Assembly: GCA_029564765.1 (NCBI GenBank)
Contig: JAKQPK010000004.1
Location: 27,716-91,715, forward strand
Length of the DNA stretch: 64,000 nt
Direction: 5' to 3'
From: Candidatus Omnitrophota bacterium
GTDB lineage: Bacteria > Omnitrophota > Gorgyraeia > Zapsychrales > Aceulaceae
The translations under genes and the position numbers were made by a program. Positions 60,020 to 64,000 of the stretch are shown here, in pieces; within the stretch, counting starts at the first letter, position 1; each line of letters begins with the position of its first letter. The notes beneath the pieces were generated by a model. The model did no database searches. It saw nothing but the letters and a program-made list of their open reading frames with translations, and was not told where the DNA came from.

Positions 60020-62446
60020 ATGATGATGGAGATCACAGACCCAGTCCTAATGTTTTCGTTCATTATGTTCCTCTTGCTGATCGCGCCGATCATCTCGCGA
60101 AAGTTCAAGATACCGGAGATCGTGGGCCTGATCCTGGCTGGCATCTTTGTTGGACCGCACGGGCTTGGGATCCTTCGGCCAGAAGGGTCAATAGCCCTTT
60201 TCGCGTCCGTTGGGCTGATCTACATCATGTTCCTGGCCGGGCTTGAGATCAACACTCATGAGTTCAACCGTCAAAAACAATACAGCATTCTCTTCGGCTC
60301 CTTGACGTTCGGTATCCCTATGCTCTTGGGAACCCTGGGCGCCAAAGCTCTTTTTCAATTTTCATGGCCAACAGCGCTCCTTTTGGCCAGTATGTTCGCC
60401 TCGCACACGCTTATTTCTTTTCCAGCAACTGTCCAGTTAGGCATCAGCAGGGAACGCTCTGTAGTCGCGGCAGTCGGGGGCACGATCATCACTGATACCG
60501 CGGCCATGCTTGTCCTCGCGATCATTGCAGAATACGCCAGCGCGAGTTTATCCGCGGCGTTCTGGACCAGGCAACTATTCCTACTCTGTGGATTAGTTAT
60601 TTTTTCTTTATGGCTTTTGCCGAAAATAGCGCAATTTTTCCTGCGTATCTTGTCCCCGGAAGACAAGGCTGAATTTATTTTTGTGCTCGCGCTTGTCTTT
60701 CTGACAGCGTATCTGGCGCATTTGGCTGGCGTGGAACCGATCATCGGAGCGTTCTTGGCAGGGCTTGCCTTAAGCCGCATGATCTCAGAGCAAAGCCCGT
60801 TGATGAACCGCTTGGAATTTATCGGTAACGCGCTTTTTATACCGTTCTTTTTGATATCCGTTGGTATGCTCGTTAATCTTCGCGTTCTTGCCGCGGGAGG
60901 GAAGGTTTGGGCCGTGGCTCTTTTTATGGTCAGCGCCGTGATCGCTTGCAAATACGCGGCGAGCATGTTGTTCGCGCGCCTTGCAAAATTTTCTAAGGAC
61001 GAAGGACGGCTGATCTTTGGGCTGAGCATCAATCAAGCCGCCGCGACATTAGCGGCTGTCATCGTGGGCTTGCGATTGGGAATATTCGACGAATCGATCC
61101 TTAACGGCACGATCCTGATGATCTTGATCACGTGTATCGTTGGCCCCGTATATACAGAAAAATACGGCAAAAAGATCGCCCTAGGACATACCAAACCGCC
61201 AGACCATATCCAACATGGCGATGAAAGGGTGATGGTAGGGGTCAGCCGCTCGGAATCGGTCGAATTCCTAACAGATATCGCTTTAAAACTACGACCCAAG
61301 GACTCCCAGGAGCCTTTATTCCCGCTCTACGTTGTCCAGGACGGAGAAAATCTTGACCAGCGCGTAGCGGCAGGGGAAAAGCTCTTGGGTAAGATCGTCA
61401 CGCGTGCCGTGGCCGCGAATATCCCGGTCTCACCGATCAATCGTATCGACGTCAACATCCCTGGAGGCATCCTGCACGCGCTCCATGAATGGCATATCGA
61501 CACGTTCGTGATGGGTGCCAGCCGTTATGAATCCAGTTTTAAAACAATGCTATTCGGTGTCCATGAAAAAATATCGCAGGAAAGCCGTCAGCTTATTTTC
61601 TTGTGCCAAATCACCCATGATCTGAGTATCGATAAAAAAATGTTCTTCATCCTTCCTCCGATCGCGGAACTTCATGCTGGATTTTACCGCGCAGTAGAGG
61701 CAACCCTCAAGCTGGCCGCGAACAATAAACTTCAGGCCCATATCGTCGCCACACCCGAAACGATCGCGCACTTGAAAGCAACGTTCAAAAAAGAACTCGC
61801 GACAGCGGATGTGGTGTGGGTATCACTGTCCCAGGCCAAAGAATTTTCGCAGTACCTTAAAGATATCCGCATGCAGGGAAGTGACGCGATCGTTTTCTTT
61901 AGTCCACGCCGGGGACAGATCGGCTCACGTCCGTCGATCGAACGCCTTTATTACCAGCTGTGCCATCAGTTCCCCAAAAATAATATCTTCCTCGTGCACC
62001 CTTCAGACCTTCAGAACACCTCAAAGAGTTTAACGCCCAACGATACGCGCTTATCTGAAAATATCCGCAATCATCCATTTTTAAGCAGCCCAGCAACGAA
62101 TATTCACGCGCAAAACCCTCAGCAGGCGGTTGAAACGCTTTTGGCGTCATATTTTGGGGCGCAACCACGAATGATCGCGCAATTAATAAAAGATTTTCTA
62201 CCGCTGGACCCTCTGGAGCTGACACCCGAGATCCTGCTGCTGCACACGCACACTGACAATATCGATCAGCCCATAGTTTTGCTGGGGATCAACCACGGAG
62301 ACTTTGTTTTTCCGCCTTTGGCAAAGAAAACCTCTGCCTTTTTCCTTCTGATCAGTCCGCGAACGGAAACATCGCTTCATTTGCAAACCCTTGCCAAGAT
62401 CGCTCGGATCGCCAAAGAATTCCACGGATCTGATCATCGATCATAA
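60020..62446 (+). CDS. cation:proton antiporter (Na_H exchanger domain) fused to C-terminal tandem USP-like domains
   Basis: About 390-aa 12-TM exchanger domain, then about 400 aa with two UspA-like segments (VMVGVSRSES..., LYVV...). Confidence 0.7.
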   Translation: MMMEITDPVLMFSFIMFLLLIAPIISRKFKIPEIVGLILAGIFVGPHGLGILRPEGSIALFASVGLIYIMFLAGLEINTHEFNRQKQYSILFGSLTFGIPMLLGTLGAKALFQFSWPTALLLASMFASHTLISFPATVQLGISRERSVVAAVGGTIITDTAAMLVLAIIAEYASASLSAAFWTRQLFLLCGLVIFSLWLLPKIAQFFLRILSPEDKAEFIFVLALVFLTAYLAHLAGVEPIIGAFLAGLALSRMISEQSPLMNRLEFIGNALFIPFFLISVGMLVNLRVLAAGGKVWAVALFMVSAVIACKYAASMLFARLAKFSKDEGRLIFGLSINQAAATLAAVIVGLRLGIFDESILNGTILMILITCIVGPVYTEKYGKKIALGHTKPPDHIQHGDERVMVGVSRSESVEFLTDIALKLRPKDSQEPLFPLYVVQDGENLDQRVAAGEKLLGKIVTRAVAANIPVSPINRIDVNIPGGILHALHEWHIDTFVMGASRYESSFKTMLFGVHEKISQESRQLIFLCQITHDLSIDKKMFFILPPIAELHAGFYRAVEATLKLAANNKLQAHIVATPETIAHLKATFKKELATADVVWVSLSQAKEFSQYLKDIRMQGSDAIVFFSPRRGQIGSRPSIERLYYQLCHQFPKNNIFLVHPSDLQNTSKSLTPNDTRLSENIRNHPFLSSPATNIHAQNPQQAVETLLASYFGAQPRMIAQLIKDFLPLDPLELTPEILLLHTHTDNIDQPIVLLGINHGDFVFPPLAKKTSAFFLLISPRTETSLHLQTLAKIARIAKEFHGSDHRS

Positions 62447-62541
62447 AAAATAAGATGTTTTTTATCTTTCGCATACGCTGTGTTAAAATAACATATCAAT
62501 AAGATCGATCTTAAGCAGTATTAAAAAACCCTAAGAAAATA

Positions 62542-64000
62542 ATGGCTCTTCCTATCGAATTTCTCATATTGATCGCGGCCGCCTTAACGCTTTTGAGCGT
62601 GCTCGCCAGCAAGATCTCTGACCGTCTGGCCGTGCCGGCACTCTTGCTATTTTTACTGATCGGAATGGCCGCCGGATGTGAGGGGATCGGCGGCATTTAT
62701 TTTAACAATTATCATATCGCCAAATTCATCGGCATTGTCGCCCTTATTTTCATTATCTTTTTAGGAGGCATTGACACCTCCTGGAAAGCCATCAAACCCG
62801 TGATCGGCCCAGGGATCGTGCTCTCGACCCTGGGAGTCCTTTTGACAGCCTTTATTGTCGGGGTCTTCGCCGTTGCGATCCTAAAATTCACGCTCATTGA
62901 AGGCCTTCTAATGGGTGCCATCGTTTCTTCAACTGATGCCGCGGCTGTCTTTAGCGTGCTTCGATCCCGAAGGATATCATTACGACGTAATTTGAAGCCC
63001 TTACTTGAGCTTGAATCCGGCAGTAATGACCCCATGGCCGTATTCTTGACGGTCGGATTGTTGAGCATCCTCACGCGGACGAACAATACCTTTTTTAGTG
63101 TTGCGCTCTCTTTCTTGCTCGACATGGGCCTGGGCGCTTTTATCGGCTACAGCATGGCACGGATCACTGTCGCGACCATCAATCGGGTCAAGCTTGAGTA
63201 CGAAGGATTATACCCGGTCTTGACGATATCCCTTGTCCTTCTGACATACGCGATCACGACCTTGGTCAAGGGAAATGGATTTTTGGCAGTATATGTCCTG
63301 GGGCTTTTTTTAAGCCGAAGCGATTTCGCGCACAAACGCACCCTTGTCCGCTTCCACGAAGGCATCGCCTGGCTGATGCAGATCATCATGTTCTTGACCC
63401 TTGGGCTACTTGTCACGCCGACCGAGATCGTTCCTGTTGTCGGCAAAGGGCTTCTGATCGCCGCGATCCTGATCTTTTTGGCGCGCCCGATCAGTATTTT
63501 CCTGTGCTTAGCGCCGTTTAAATTCTCTTTGCCGGAAAAAGGCATGATCTCCTGGGTGGGGCTACGCGGGGCTGTGCCGATCATCTTGGCAACCTTCCCG
63601 CTGCTCGCGGATATCCCGCAAGCCCAGACGATGTTCAATATCGTCTTTTTCGTTGTCCTGACCTCGGTCCTTCTGCAGGGAACGTCTATCCCTTTCGTGG
63701 CTAAACTGTTGAAGGTCCAAGCGCCTTACGATGCCCGCAAACGTTTCCCGATCGAATTTGATCAGACCGAAGGGATGGACGCGTTTTTAGAGAACATTAT
63801 CGTCCCTTACAATTCGGTCGTTGTTAAAAAAGCGATCTTCGAGCTAAAGGTGCCTCCACGCGCGCTCATTGTCCTGATCTCACGTAATGAAAAGTTCATC
63901 ATCCCCAGCGGATCGACGCTGATCGAAGGCGGGGACGTGCTTTTGATCCTGGCCAATGAAAAAGATTTCAAGACCCTGCAACATGCCGTCGCGAAACTTA
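62542..64000 (+). CDS. NhaP2-type K+(Na+)/H+ antiporter with C-terminal TrkA_C domain, 5' part; continues past window end
   Basis: My own + strand translation from ATG 62542 gives MALPIEFLILIAAALTLLSVLASKISDRLAVPALLLFLLIGMAAG...ESGSNDP...WVGLRGAVPIILA...LIVLISRNEKFIIPSGSTLIEGGDVLLIL with no stop to position 64000. Absent from the ORF track. The minus-strand ORFs listed here are antisense artefacts. Confidence 0.75.
   Translation, partial: MALPIEFLILIAAALTLLSVLASKISDRLAVPALLLFLLIGMAAGCEGIGGIYFNNYHIAKFIGIVALIFIIFLGGIDTSWKAIKPVIGPGIVLSTLGVLLTAFIVGVFAVAILKFTLIEGLLMGAIVSSTDAAAVFSVLRSRRISLRRNLKPLLELESGSNDPMAVFLTVGLLSILTRTNNTFFSVALSFLLDMGLGAFIGYSMARITVATINRVKLEYEGLYPVLTISLVLLTYAITTLVKGNGFLAVYVLGLFLSRSDFAHKRTLVRFHEGIAWLMQIIMFLTLGLLVTPTEIVPVVGKGLLIAAILIFLARPISIFLCLAPFKFSLPEKGMISWVGLRGAVPIILATFPLLADIPQAQTMFNIVFFVVLTSVLLQGTSIPFVAKLLKVQAPYDARKRFPIEFDQTEGMDAFLENIIVPYNSVVVKKAIFELKVPPRALIVLISRNEKFIIPSGSTLIEGGDVLLILANEKDFKTLQHAVAKL

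Noticed and set aside
60355-61036. 225-aa and 83-aa minus-strand ORFs antisense to the CPA antiporter
   Set aside because: Inside a convincing 12-TM exchanger domain on the + strand.
62511-63638. Three minus-strand ORFs (61, 137, 163 aa) at the window end
   Set aside because: All are antisense to a continuous + strand reading frame encoding an NhaP2-type antiporter with strong membrane-protein sequence features. The minus ORFs are low-complexity and unsupported.

Overview
The window is a bacterial chromosomal segment with moderate GC content and genes mostly on the + strand. I found no rRNA, tRNA, CRISPR array or mobile element. Read by eye, it is a run of housekeeping and transport operons. 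Genes in order: a partial MBL-fold hydrolase; redoxin-thiC; a divergent 604-aa FabK/NMO-like protein; bioB-trxB-menA; ilvB-ilvN on the minus strand; a PP-loop ATPase; nfnA-nfnB-gdhA (GltD/PyrK-like pair plus NADP-glutamate dehydrogenase); dus; mtaB-like plus a deaminase; a glycogen/alpha-glucan cluster built on GH57 enzymes (CBM48 protein, glycosyltransferase, unknown 425-aa protein, GH57 branching enzyme, second GH57); YkgJ, DUF502 and a small DMT protein; trkH-trkA; marR-tolC-MFP-RND with a small PII-like ORF; an NSS sodium symporter. From about 35.4 kb to 57.8 kb there is a ~20 kb same-strand phosphate locus: pstSCAB1B2-phoU, six poorly characterised genes (UPF0371, secreted acetolactate decarboxylase, GNAT, PIG-L deacetylase, AlgE-like porin, cupin), a PhoB/PhoR-like two-component pair, a small SD-driven ORF, a porin, a second pstSCAB with an embedded arsC-like reductase and a second phoU, then ppk2. 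The window ends with OsmC, a GDT1 transporter, uppP, a cation/proton antiporter fused to USP-like domains, and a partial NhaP2-type antiporter on the + strand that the ORF track missed because it runs off the window. The most notable sequence-level observation is that the tandem PstB1/PstB2 ATPases carry complementary degenerate motifs. PstB1 lacks the Q-loop Gln and H-loop His, and PstB2 has LTLEQ in place of the LSGGQ signature. This predicts a heterodimer with one consensus and one degenerate ATP site. The third PstB is fully canonical. I could not run homology searches, so family assignments rest on motifs I recognise.
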